Assembly: GCA_043228905.1 (NCBI GenBank) | Contig: JBHGNT010000021.1 | Location: 7,874,001-7,938,000 of the forward strand | From: Azolla caroliniana | Taxonomy: Eukaryota > Plantae > Polypodiophyta | Reading direction: 5' to 3' | Length of the DNA stretch: 64,000 bases | Shown: positions 21,873 to 33,978 of the stretch, one piece after another | How positions within the stretch are numbered: position 1 is the stretch's first letter | Layout: every line of letters begins with the position of its first letter | The notes under the pieces: generated by a model | The model's database searches: none | What the model saw: the letters and a program-made list of their open reading frames with translations, nothing else | What the model was told of the DNA's origin: nothing | Made by a program: the position numbers and the translations under genes

Positions 21873-24032
21873 TTACCTATCCCCTAGATTGCACCCGTAT
21901 AAGGGTATAAGATTGAAATAAATTACATTCCCCCAATTTCTAAAATATCAACAATAATCTTTACGGCCTCCCCACCCCCCTGCACATTGACTTGGTTTAG
22001 TTTGGTTTTCAAAACTCGGATTTTCGAGATATTGAGAAATTTTATTGCTATAGGATTTCACCCCTTACATTATATGCATTACCCCATTGCATAAGATTTA
22101 CCTATTTTATCTCAAGTTTTCGGGATTTCTTGAGAGAGGTTTGACTACAATAGGATTTCACCGTATAAAGTCTACTCAATCATGCCACCAAATAATGTTT
22201 ACCCATCGTATCACACTTAATTTGGGCAAAATATTAATGTGTTAAGTTGCAATTTGTAACTAACGATGAACTGTGCAATTAATCCTAACTAGATTTTACC
22301 GTACATTTCTAATCACCAACTTAATCATAAGAAAACACATTCACAAACCAAATGATTTTTTTCCTTTTCTTTTGCATTCTTCATACACGTCACCAAATGT
22401 GTTTTACAATTATACATATTATTGAAGTTCTAATGCTTTGTTGTAAAAAGTTGTTGAACATAATAATTATTGCACATCACTAAAGGTCTAATGTTTTGTT
22501 TGAGATGAAGACATGTGGTGCCACCAACGATATAGTAGCTCATAATGGTGCTTGTTGGGCAAAGTGAATCATAAACCTCAGACAAGGATTAAAAGTGGAT
22601 GCTTTGTTGAACATGTTTACTCAATGATTAGTAATTGATAGGCATGCATCTTTTCCAATCACTCAAAGTGTGCATTATTTTTCATATAGTACTCCAATTA
22701 TTTACAATCATAGAGAAAAGGCTTTCAAATTGTGTCGTTAGAATGAAGACATATTACTTTAGTATTGTGGCCCCATTTGAACTCTTCATTCAAGTCATTA
22801 CGTTGTTCCAACATTTGTAACATCTTTACATTTTAAAGATAACGTTCAATAACTCTTACAATATCCACTGATTCACAATTGTTAAAGTTAATTGATGATT
22901 GACAACTAAACTTATGAAAAATTACAAGGAACACTATATAATGCTGGCATAAAGAAGGCTTAATTCTGAGACATCATTAGATGTTACGTTAAAATGTGCC
23001 AAGAACAGATTTTATCATGCGATTTCATCATTTAACATTATAAATCCGACAACTCATAAGGCTTGTAAAGAAGAAACACAAATGTTGCCCTCGAATCAAA
23101 TGTGACAAACCTCATTAGCACAACTCATGCATGTAATCCCACTAACACAAAATTGTTGATTGCATGTATTGACTAGATGGATTGTAATGAAATACGGCCT
23201 ATCAACAATTACAATAGAAAAGCATCCAGGGATTGCTGGACCATACATGATAAAATGTTGTTATATTGGCATTTAAGTTCAAGTTTTGGAAAACTTCACA
23301 CCAGGCAATGCATGTTCAACACCGGACATTGCAAGAGAATTTACTATTCTCCAAAATAATGTTTGAGAACGAGCAGCAGATAACCTTTCCAAGGTCAGAG
23401 GTAGTGTACAAGTTTCAGATTAGTTTTTAGAACATATCAATGTAACTGTACATACTACACAAGATAAAAATAAAAATTGTTAAGACTACTCTATAGGAAC
23501 AAAAAACTGGGAGCAATAATTATTACTCTTTATCCTATATTTCGAAGGGCCACAAAGCCTAACATCATTTAAAACTGTTCATGTGGTAACTTGGAATTAT
23601 ATGATTTTTTCCTTTGGTAGCCATTTTTGAACCGTTATTTTATTAACCTATCCTTCGACTAGGAACACCCTATGAGCCCTGGCATCCCTAGATAATCTGA
23701 CATATATAAGGTAAACAAAATATGCCAACCCATAAGAAAACATCACGACATTTGAAAGAGCAAGTCACTATATGAACTCTTTAATGCAAAAGACAATTAC
23801 ACCAATGAGTTTTTGTAAAATGTACTAACCCATGGATAAAGAATAAAGACACACACACCCCAAGCATATAAACTTCATTTATAATACTTAAAGCATACAC
23901 CAAATGCCCCATCAATAAATTTGATATAGAGACAGACATAGCGCTCAAATCCCAAATAACATGCATTATGATGATGATATTTATCATTGAGTACATTGTA
24001 TGTTATGATGAGACCTGTCCTGGAATCATATT

Positions 24033-24110
24033 TTAAAAGGCCTCCTGAGATCGTCTCACAATTCGGCTTACTTTCCTTTTGAAAGCTTCTCGGTTTTCCC
24101 GCCATTCCTT
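24033..24110 (-). CDS. UBC7: UBC7-like exon 6 (to stop)
   Basis: cag|AAGGAATGG...TTTTAA. Confidence 0.93.
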   Translation of the reverse strand, partial: KEWRENREAFKRKVSRIVRRSQEAF

Positions 24111-26963
24111 CTGCGAAACACACATCATATATCATTGTACACTTAAGAACCACTGTTCAATTGCCCAATTAACTTTTCCACATTGGAAATGTCATCAACA
24201 TGATTAATGATGTGGATAAGCTTACTGCAGCATCGATATTGGCTGGTGACTCATCATTAGGACTTGAAAGCATTGCTATTATACTCAAGAGAATAGTTTC
24301 CACCTGGCATTACAAAACAAAGACAAGATTACTCATCAGGGCACGAAAAGTATTGCATTATCACCATCCACCTAAAGAACACAAATATTTAGCACATTTC
24401 GAGTTACACATACATTCTCTTATAATACAATATATGACTGTTTAATGCGAGGTGAAAATCCACAAGACTTGAATGTCATGTCACCATCCACCTAAAGAAC
24501 ACAAATATATAGCACATTTCGAGTTACACATACATTCTCTTATAATACATTATATGACTGTTTAATGCGATGTGAAAATCCACAAGACTTGAATGTCATG
24601 TCTTGGATATATAGATAGATAGATAGATATACTCTCCTATATCTTTTGAGGTATAGAAAGCATTTGAAGATTGGCCAAGTAAGAGCTCTGCTATGGAAAG
24701 CCTATAAATTCACCCATGCAAATTGACACTTACCCATTGTAATGAACTTAAACACATACCTATTGTCACATGCACATTACATGTATCCCTTGTTATATAC
24801 CCTCATGCTTGTCACGTATGCATACCCATGCATATGCACATACATACACATTGTAGTATACCCATATACACACCCATCCTCATACTCACTCATATACCCA
24901 TACACATACCCATATACAGACTACATAGAAACTAAATATATCAGGCACCTACTGTGTGCACCGGAGACCATCGCTCACTAGCAAGCTCATAACCATTGGG
25001 ATCATCTCCTGGAGCATGAAGTATGGAGATGCAAACTCGCCCATCAGGATACACTGTAAAAGTTAAGGTGTTAACAAAGCTATTTGAGAACTATACAATG
25101 AATGATGAGTCATGCAGAAACAGAACAAATATTATTACCATTTGGATGCCACATCTCTGATGTGAATCTAACAGATGGGGGGCTATTTGGATAATTTGTA
25201 GGGAAACTCATGATAGCATTAAAGAATCCACCTTCACTGTTGGTAAAACAAACAAACATAGAACATAAAGAGTTCAAATCCAAGAACAAATACAAAGACA
25301 AAAGGATATGTTCATATGCAATAGGTTTTGCAATAGCAACAATTTCAAGAAGTATTGCTTTAAAATCAGACACAAAGCAGTCTCAGGAAACCCTAATATT
25401 AACCATATCTAAAGAAAATCTAGTCCATTTCTAAGGTAAAACAATATCAGGAAAACTATCCATACCTAAAGAAGGGCAAAACAATCTCAGAAATATTATC
25501 CATACCTAAAGAAAATATTGTCTACTTTTTAAGGCAAAACAATCTCAAAAATATCATTCATATCTAGAGAAATCTAATCCATTTAAGTGCTGAGGATGTG
25601 CCCATTAAAACGGATGGCCAAATACCATGGTCTTTTGCAGGCATGATTAGTGTAATCTGAGACATTCACCTTGTTAAATTCTAATTTTAAAAAGTGAAAT
25701 GGAGTACAATTGGAGTTGCATTCTCAGTGAAACCATATAAATCTACTTTTATCGCTTTGTATATTTTAAGAGTCCATATAAGTAGAATAGACATTATCCA
25801 TTTGTTCTTATATTATCTACAACCAGATTGACAGCATTGCCAAAAACTGATTCCTTACATCCTAAACAACGTTACAACCCTTGGACCCATATTTTCACTA
25901 ATTTTTGGCACAATTTTCCAAAATAATCTACCACACAATGTGCAAAAAAATTCCACAGTTTTGATACACAAAGTTTCAAAAGCACGTACAAACAAAATGC
26001 AACGACATAACATCATCATCAACATTAGCATTAAGATGAAAATATCATCATTATCATCAACGAAAAAAGGAAATGGACTCAAAACTAGCCTAAAGGGCAA
26101 GAATAATGGTGTATATCACGATGGAAAATGAATGAGGACATACTAGAGAGTATCTGGGGGGCCAATGATGGCCACATTCCATTCAAAGATGTTGGAGTCA
26201 TCAACAAGTCCAGCTGAGAATCCTTCAACTGGACGTCTAGCCAGATCTGTAGCCACCACACATCGTCATTAAACACACATATTGCATCAAAAAATTCGAA
26301 CGTAATATAGATATAAAAGTGCATTACATCACAAATTCCTTTATAGAAAATCACTACATAAAAACTCCTTCATTGTATACATATAAAAAAAACATTGCAT
26401 CAAATATCCTTATCTAATATACATATGAACAGAAAGGCATTACATAAATAATCCTTAGGCATTATACGAGATAGATTTTAGAGTTCTTCATTTTATAAAG
26501 ATCCACGTTATTATTTTAAGTTTTTTAACAAAGCACCAAACGACTTTGAGGTAATATTAGAAAGAAAAAAAACAGTTTTCACATCCTTCTCCAATAGGAG
26601 ACCCACACATGGAAATCGACAGACATATAGAAGGAATCATTACATCAAGAAATAAAACAAACTCCTTAACTAAAATTAGAGATTTATTTCTTTTCAGATC
26701 CTTTGTTTAACAAAAAAAAAGGGACCAAATCTTTATCATCTACGAAAGCCTAGAATTTCAGGAAGGAAGTAAAAACTAAAAAAAACTGAACTTATATTAG
26801 AGATGATAGATTTTCAGATCCTTCAAATTTATACAAATAAACCACTAATGTACTAATTATGTGGTTTTTTGTTCTTCCAATATAAACAAAATCATTTGTT
26901 TCTTTTATTTGATTTACCTTTGAGCTGTTTGCGGAGCAGGAGACTTGCCTGACTGTCAGCCAT
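24033..26963 (-). CDS. UBC7: Ubiquitin-conjugating enzyme E2, UBC7/UBE2G class, 167 aa; join(26963-26918, 26246-26144, 25236-25139, 25053-24953, 24303-24226, 24110-24033)
   Basis: Six GT-AG-bounded exons total 504 nt in frame: [38 protein letters not shown]...PPDTLYEGGFF...[45 protein letters not shown]...[17 protein letters not shown]...SQEAF; HPN motif, catalytic Cys and Ubc7/Cdc34-type acidic loop. Confidence 0.96.
24226..24303 (-). CDS. UBC7: UBC7-like exon 5
   Basis: cag|GTGGAAACT...GCTGCA|gtaag. Confidence 0.95.
24361..24600. repeat. 120-bp tandem duplication in UBC intron 4
   Basis: 24361-24480 vs 24481-24600, about 3 mismatches. Confidence 0.95.
24953..25053 (-). CDS. UBC7: UBC7-like exon 4 (catalytic Cys)
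   Basis: cag|TGTATCCT...CACACA|gtagg. Confidence 0.95.
25139..25236 (-). CDS. UBC7: UBC7-like exon 3
   Basis: cag|TGAAGGTGGA...CCAAATG|gtaat. Confidence 0.95.
26144..26246 (-). CDS. UBC7: UBC7-like exon 2
   Basis: cag|ATCTGGCT...CTCTA|gtatg. Confidence 0.95.
26918..26963 (-). CDS. UBC7: UBC7-like coding exon 1
   Basis: ATG...CTCAAAG|gtaaat. Confidence 0.92.
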
Positions 26964-27331
26964 GGAAAGCTTAAGTTAATGGGGGGGGAACCTTGAAAGA
27001 AGAGTTTTTTTGGGTACATATATGTATAACTAGGGTAATGAGACACATAAATATACCCTCTTCTTGCTTTCCTTTTTTCTTCATGAATTTATCAAATAGT
27101 TTTATGTGTTTTCCTTTATTTCCCGCGGGCATGCCCCCCCGGGGCCCCGACCATGTTTTCGTTATACTCTCGACAAATGCCCTTGTCCGGACCACATGCT
27201 TATAATATATATATATATACATACAAATATAGATATAGATATGCTCCCAGTCTTGTAAACTAAGTTGATTAAGTACCTGGGCATCCTTCTTACGTAAAAA
27301 TGTGTTAAAATTTGTCCACCCTTCTGCCTTG

Positions 27332-27558
27332 CAAGTTTTGCGCGAGGGTGGTGCTTTCTCTGATGGAGATGATGAAAAACCCCCCCATGTGTAGCTGGTG
27401 AAGTTACATGTGCACTGTCAAGGATATTTACTATCCTCGTGCCTTCTAGCTTCCAAGTTTTGCGCAAGGATGCTTTCTTGAGGGAGGAGATGATGAGAAA
27501 CCCATGTGTAGCTGGTGAATTACATGTGCAATGTAAAGGAAATTTATTATCCTCATGT
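27332..27558. repeat. Degenerate ~120-bp tandem duplication upstream of UBC7
   Basis: caagttttgcgc...cccatgtgtagctggtgaa...tatcctc.tg occurs twice. Confidence 0.75.
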
Positions 27559-27599
27559 TGTACAAACACTTGAGAGATCACCCATTACTCTGTCGAAGT

Positions 27600-29065
27600 T
27601 GCTATTGTAAAACATTATGAGGCTATGTTATGGGGTTCAATCCTACTTGTTGGATCTTCCTTGCTTTTCTACTAAAGTTTTATTTTGTAAGGAAACTTAA
27701 ATATATCCAATTCTATTTTCCTTACCCCTAGGAAAATATGTTCTCTTTCTCACCTCTAAATGGTGGGCAACGTATTTATTCCATCTATGATTTGAAGGAA
27801 CTTCAAGCCCAAGGTATTTGAAGTTTTCCAAGCTTTCAAGTAGCTCATTATTGTAAATAATGGATGGTTTATCTTTTTCTTTGGCTTTTCACAAGCACAA
27901 TCTTTGTTTTAGAGCGATTGACACTTAATGTAGTACGTATGCAAACTTTTTCCAATGCTTTCATAAGCTTTTGCGCACCTCCTAAAGTATTTGTAAAAAA
28001 CACTACATCATCCACATACCAACAAAAACATGGTGACTACATTCCTAATGACAACTTCTTTAACACCTCTATGACAAACTTAGCAATCATTTGTTCTAAT
28101 TCATGAATGCATAGACCAAATAGAGTTGGCGAGATTGGTCATCCTTGCTTAACACCAATACTGCTATTGAAAAAAATTTGAAAGTCTATCACCTATATGC
28201 ACACAATATAACCTTCTCATAGATTTGGAAAATTGCAAGCATATATTCACTTCACACCTCGAGTTCTTCTATTCGCCTCCAAATATGCTCACGAGGTACC
28301 ATATCAAAAGCTTTCTTTAAGTCTACAAAGCAACAATATAAACCTTTACCTCTCAAGCGACTTTCCTCCATTAATACTCATAGGGTGACAAGGTGATCAA
28401 TAGTACTATGGTGTTTTCGAAAGCCAGCTTGTCTGTAAGCTCTCGTACCATATCATTGATTCCATTATACATCCAAATGGTTTTTCCATTGCGAGCCAAC
28501 CATGATGGTTTGGTAGTTATTTACATCTCCACCTTTATGTAAAGTTTTGATCCAATTTGTGGTCCAATCATATGGCATTCCATGTTGCAATGTATGTTAA
28601 AACATATCATTTATCCATGCATGTGCTTACTTTCCAGTACATTTGAGCATTTCAGCCTTTATACATTGAAGATCGCTTGCCTTTTGAGAGGCCAATTTCT
28701 TAAGTCCTATGCATATATCTTCAATTGTAAAGAATGGAAGGATATGTGAAATAGAATCATAACACAACATCTTTCCGGCAAGAGATAACACAATGCATAG
28801 ACAAGTCAAGAAGAATTAAGTCACCATAACTCTCGACATGTTTCCCTTTTAGATTTTCCCAAAATTTAGCACATGCATGTGCTTTCTCTTCCGTTTGGTA
28901 AAATTATTGAGTTAACTTCCAATATTCTTTTCTTTCTTTGGATAAGCCTTTTGTACTCATGAAAATACTTTTGATAATTTTCTTTAACCTTGACTACATC
29001 TAAAATCATAAGACACTTTTAAGCTTCATGTCATTGTTTATCAAAACCATTTTTTCTTATAACTA
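27600..29065 (-). mobile_element. Decayed non-LTR retrotransposon (LINE) ORF2 RT region
   Basis: Minus-strand translation gives AGFRKHHSTIDHLVTL, YCCFVD..KAFDMVPR, GVKQG*PISPTLFG, YVDDVV. Confidence 0.8.
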
Positions 29066-29070
29066 CATTT

Positions 29071-32000
29071 GTTGAAGAGTTACGTGCGGAAGCTCATAGA
29101 CACAACCGGCTCAGCTGGATAGCAACAGAAATAGAACGAAGGATAAATGGAAAACTTGAAACACACAGAGTGCGCGGGAGAGACAGAGAGGGCAGAACAC
29201 AAAAAACTCTATTTCAAAAAACAACACTCTGTAAACTCTGTACATACAAATGTTCTAAAGAGCACTTTTTATACAAGTCCTTAAAAGGACTGATAAAAGT
29301 ATTGACAAGTACTTCAATGCTCGTACTGAGCCATGATGCAAACTCCTAAATATATGCCTATCTACTAGGTTAGGATCGTAGGACTCTAATGGCCTACCTG
29401 TTCGCACTAATTTGGACCCTGATCCGGTTCTCTCCAATCTGGCTCTCCATTCCGGACATCGATCCAGTTGTGGCTTATTTAGCCGATCCGGATCATGTTG
29501 AGCTTATCCGCTCAACACTCCCCCTCAAGCTCAAATTGAGGTCGGATCATGGAGTTTGTTGTTGTTGGTCCTTGCCTCTGGCTTCTCTTGGCGTCTTCAT
29601 GCCTTACTTGTGCACCTTGGCCCGTATGGTCCCACTTTCCACGACTCGTTCAGTTCCACGCACCTTGTCCTTCTCGAACGACTTGTCTGCTCATCAGGCC
29701 CATCTCAACTCCTTCTTTGCTGTGACTTCAGCCTCCTCGACCCGTCAGCTCCTCCATGTCGGCGTCGACTTCTATTGCCTTCTCGTCCATTTGGCCTTCA
29801 ACTGATTCGACTCTTCCGAATCGGCTTCCTCCGATTCGTTCCCGCTCTTGTCTGAATTGGTTGTCTCCAATTCGTCTTCATCCGTCAAGCCCTTCACCAC
29901 ATCACACCATGTCCGGGTCTTGGCCGTCATCTTCCAGTCGGCTCTGTCCTTCTTGACTCTATCGTCATTGCTGCCACTTGTTCCCACTTTATCGGATGCA
30001 CCGTCTTCTTCAGTCGACTCGGCTCCCTTCTTCTCAGATGCTCCCCTTTTTCGCTTTCGTTCTCCTTCTCTTCGGTTGTGCCTTTACCTGTTCTTCCAGT
30101 TCCTATTCTGGTTCTCCCCCTCAGGTGTGGCATGTTGAGATGTTGAAGCCCAAGCATCTCCGAAAAGTGTTGCAACTTGTCTGATCCGAATGGCTTGGTG
30201 AAGTTGTCGGCAACCTGCCAATTGGTTCAAACATATCGAAGTTCGACTTCACCGCTCAAGACCCACTCGCGAACGAAGTGATAATGCACCTTGATGTGCT
30301 TTGTGCGAGCATCAAAGACGGGGGTCTTGCGAGCTGCATGATACTTATGTTGTCATAGTAGATCGGGATCGGAGTCGGCACTTCGATCCGAAGGTCTTGT
30401 AGTAGCCGCCGAAGCCAAATGGCTTCACAGGTGGCAATGGTAGCTCTGCGGTACTCAACCTTAGTGCTCAACAGAGCCACTGTCTGTTGCTTCTTACTAC
30501 TCCACACAATAGCCGCGCTCCCTAGAGAAAACATAAAGCCAGATGTTGACCGACAATTTCACACATCACCATTCGAGTCGACATTTGTATAACCAACTAA
30601 TTTCTTGGTTATACCATGTCGGTACAATAGTTCCCGATCCTTAATGCCGCTCACGTATCTCAGTAATCGATGCGCGCACTAAAGGTGCTTGACGGTCAGT
30701 CGTTGCATGAATTGGCTGGTCACTCCAACTGGATAGCTAATGTCGAGTTGGGTGATAGTCAGATATATGAAGCTTCCGACAATTTGTCGAAACCGTTTCT
30801 TGCTGCATGTTTTTCTGGAGTCCAGACATAGCTTCAAATTCTAGTCAAGGGGTGTCAAGACTAGTCGGCAATCTGTCATGCCGAACTCGAACAACATATT
30901 CAGAACATAGTGTCGTTGAGACAACAGTATGTTGTCGGAGGTATGGATCACTTCGATCCCAAGGAAGTAGTGAAGGTCCCCCATGTTCTTCATCTCAAAT
31001 GCTCCCAACAATTGGGACTTGACTTAGCCGATTTCGGCGAGGTCGGGTTCGGTGACGACCAAGTTGTCGACGTAGAGTAAGATACACAATGGACCTTTTG
31101 GACCGTTTCGAATGAATAGTGAAGAGTCAGACTTGGAGGCCACAAACCTCATCTTACGCAACCGGTGCGTGATCTTCGAATTCCAATCATAGGGGGCTTG
31201 CTTCAGGTCGTAAAGTGGCTTCTTGTGTCGGTACACCACTAACTTGTTCATCTCCATCTGAAATCCAAGGGATTGGACCATATAAACTTGTTCTTCAAGG
31301 TTTCATTGAAGAAACACATTCTTCACATCCATTTGGTGGAGATGCCATGCCCTCGCCGCTACAACTGCCAGCACCACACGGACCGTAATTATCTTTGCTA
31401 CCGGTGTGAAGGTCTCATCGTAGTCGATTCGGTGGGTCTGCGCATACCCCTTGGCTACTAATCGGGCCTTGTACCGGTTGACCGAATTGTTGGCATTATA
31501 CTTTACCTTGTATACCCATTTGCAACCGATCAGTTTGCAGTGTCAGAGAGGGTCAACTAGGTCCCAACTATCGTTGGCATCAAGTGATCACATTTCTTCC
31601 TCCATAGCAGCATGCCAGTTCGCGTCCTTTGCCGCTTCTACATAGCTCTCCGGCTCATGCACTTCTGCCACTTTCGTCATGTACACATAGTGATACGCCA
31701 TGTACTCATTATATCCGTATCTCATCACAGGGTTCTTATGGCGGGTAGATCAACGTAGCTTCTAGTTCACCAATTTGAGGGCCCTGTTGGCTGAGTTAGA
31801 CTTTGTTTCTGAAGGTTCGTCTTCATTCTTTCTGGAGAGGAGATGAAGTATCGACTCCCGCCAAGACGCACATTCTGTGCCAGTCCCCAAACATATGAGT
31901 GTATCAAGTCAAGCTTGTTCCGGCTCCGGTTTCGCTCGTTGGGGAATGGAAGTTGGTGTTACCTCCTAAGCTGGCAAGCTTCACAAATTTGGGTCTTCTA

Positions 32001-33844
32001 GCCACTAAATTTCGGCAATCCGAATACCACCTATTTCAATTGCAGTTCTTGAAGCCTCTGGTAGTTGACGTGGCCGATCCTCTTGTGCCATAAGTCGATA
32101 TCTGACTCAACTTTTTGTCCTTTCGCAAACAAAGCGGTGCCAACATCATTGATGTTGAGGATGAACATCCTCCCGTCTCGGTGCCCTTGCATGCTGATTT
32201 GGCCTTCTTCCTTGATGAAGCACCCATCTTGGGTGCTTCATCAAGGACAATCTGGTTGACTGACACCAGGTTCTTTGTTATTGTCAGGACATGTCGCACG
32301 TTCATGAGTTTCCCCTTTTGTCCGACATGGCTGAGGGTGACTTCACTAACATGTTCGATTGGGCACAAAGTGTCATTTCTAGTTTCGACCACTCCCGGTT
32401 GCTCCGGTTTCTCTAGATACGATAAGCATTCTTCATGGCTCGCTTCTTCTAGAGCTCACTCTTCTTGTGGCCCTTCTTGCCACAGTACCAGCATTCCATG
32501 TCAGCTTTTGTTTGCCAGTTTCGTGCCACCTTGAGTCCCCCTACTCATGGAGGGTTCGAAACTGTTGTCGGCACAACCTTTGTGCCTTCTTTACTACTCT
32601 TGTCGGCCGCCACTGTTGCGTGCCAATCCACGTTGTCCTCCACGCCCACGGGGCCAATCCACCTCCGTGTACAACATCAAGCTATCCGATTGAGTGGTCC
32701 TCAACCCACTTGCTTGGTTTTCTTTGACCATCAGCATTGATTGCAAGTCAAAAAAGGATTGTGGCTTCTCTCGGGTGCATATCGCCATCCGGATTGGCCC
32801 ATACATCTACGCTAGATCACTGAGGCAGATCTGCACCATCTCATCTTCGTCCACCATCATGTTGATGGACCCTAGTGCGTCGTAGTCTCCTTGATCTTGG
32901 TGGTGTAGTCGGGGACATACATGTCCCTTTGTCAGATGTTGTTGAGCTCTTGACGGAGCTGCAACTTCCGGGCCGTGGTACTGGCGGCAACAATCTTTTT
33001 GAGATTTTCCCAAGCTTCCTTTGACGTTTTTTCGTCTCTGATGTAGCCCATCATCTGGTCGTGCACACAGGATGCAAGGTAGTACAACACTCTGCTCGCT
33101 CCTTGTTCCCAAGCCGGGAAATCCTTTTGTATCGAATCTGGCGCTACTTCGTTCACTCCTTCTACATAACTCAAGTAGGCGTGCCCCAGCAGGTATTGGT
33201 GCATCTTGTACGACCAAAATGCGTACTTACTCCGGTCGAGCTTTTCTGTAGGAAGTGAGATTGCCATGCTTCTGTCCATGTCTTTCTTCTTTCTTTCTAT
33301 TCTTTACGGGAAGCTAGGTTTTGGTTTGTCTAAGCTCTTTGTGTCGGCAGTAGAGGATTCTCAACCCTCGCGCTCCGATACCATGCGAAGAGTTACGTGT
33401 GGAATCTCGTAGACACAACCAGCTCAACCAGATAGCAAAAGAAATAGAATGAAGGTTTAATGGAAAGCTTGAAACACACAAAGTACGCGGGAGAGACAGA
33501 GAGAGCAAAACATAGAAAACTCTATTTAAAAAAATAGCACTCTGTAAACTCTGTACATACAAGCACTTTTTATACAAGTCCTTAAAAGGACCGACAGAGG
33601 TATTGACAGGTACCTCAATGCTTGTACTGAGCCATGACGCTAACTCATAAAAATATGCCTATCTACTAGACTAGGATCATAGGCCTCTAACGGCCTACAT
33701 GTTCACACTAATCTGGGCCCCAATCCAGGTTCTCTTTGATTCGGCTCTCCATTCCGGACACCGATCCAACTCTTGGTTCCGGATTACAATCCGGCTCTAG
33801 CTTATTCAACTGATCTGGATCATGTTGAGCTTGTCCGCTCAACA
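29071..33844 (-). mobile_element. Ty1/Copia element D (second Copia family), integrase largely deleted; TSD CATTT
   Basis: LTRs 29071-29517 and 33384-33844, PBS TGGTATCGGAGC 33372-33383, PPT 29518-29526, gag ATG 33279, LYVDN and WSSKKQ motifs; cattt at 29066-29070 and 33845-33849. Confidence 0.88.
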
Positions 33845-33978
33845 CATTTCTTGATGCATTTCCAAGAAGTGTGTTTGGTCAAAAATCATTTGTTTGTGTG
33901 AGAGAATGCCTTTCTTGTAAGCTTCCCCTTTGCAATTTAGTGTGGCACCAAGTTGTATCTTTGTCATTTGTAACATAT

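Noticed and set aside
24720-24930. His/Tyr/Ile-rich short ORFs
   Set aside because: Degenerate CATA/CATAC microsatellite in UBC7 intron 4.
27122-27150. GC-rich palindromic patch cccgcgggcatgccccccccggggccccg upstream of UBC7 as a possible Helitron hairpin
   Set aside because: No correctly spaced CTRR terminus seen; not enough support.
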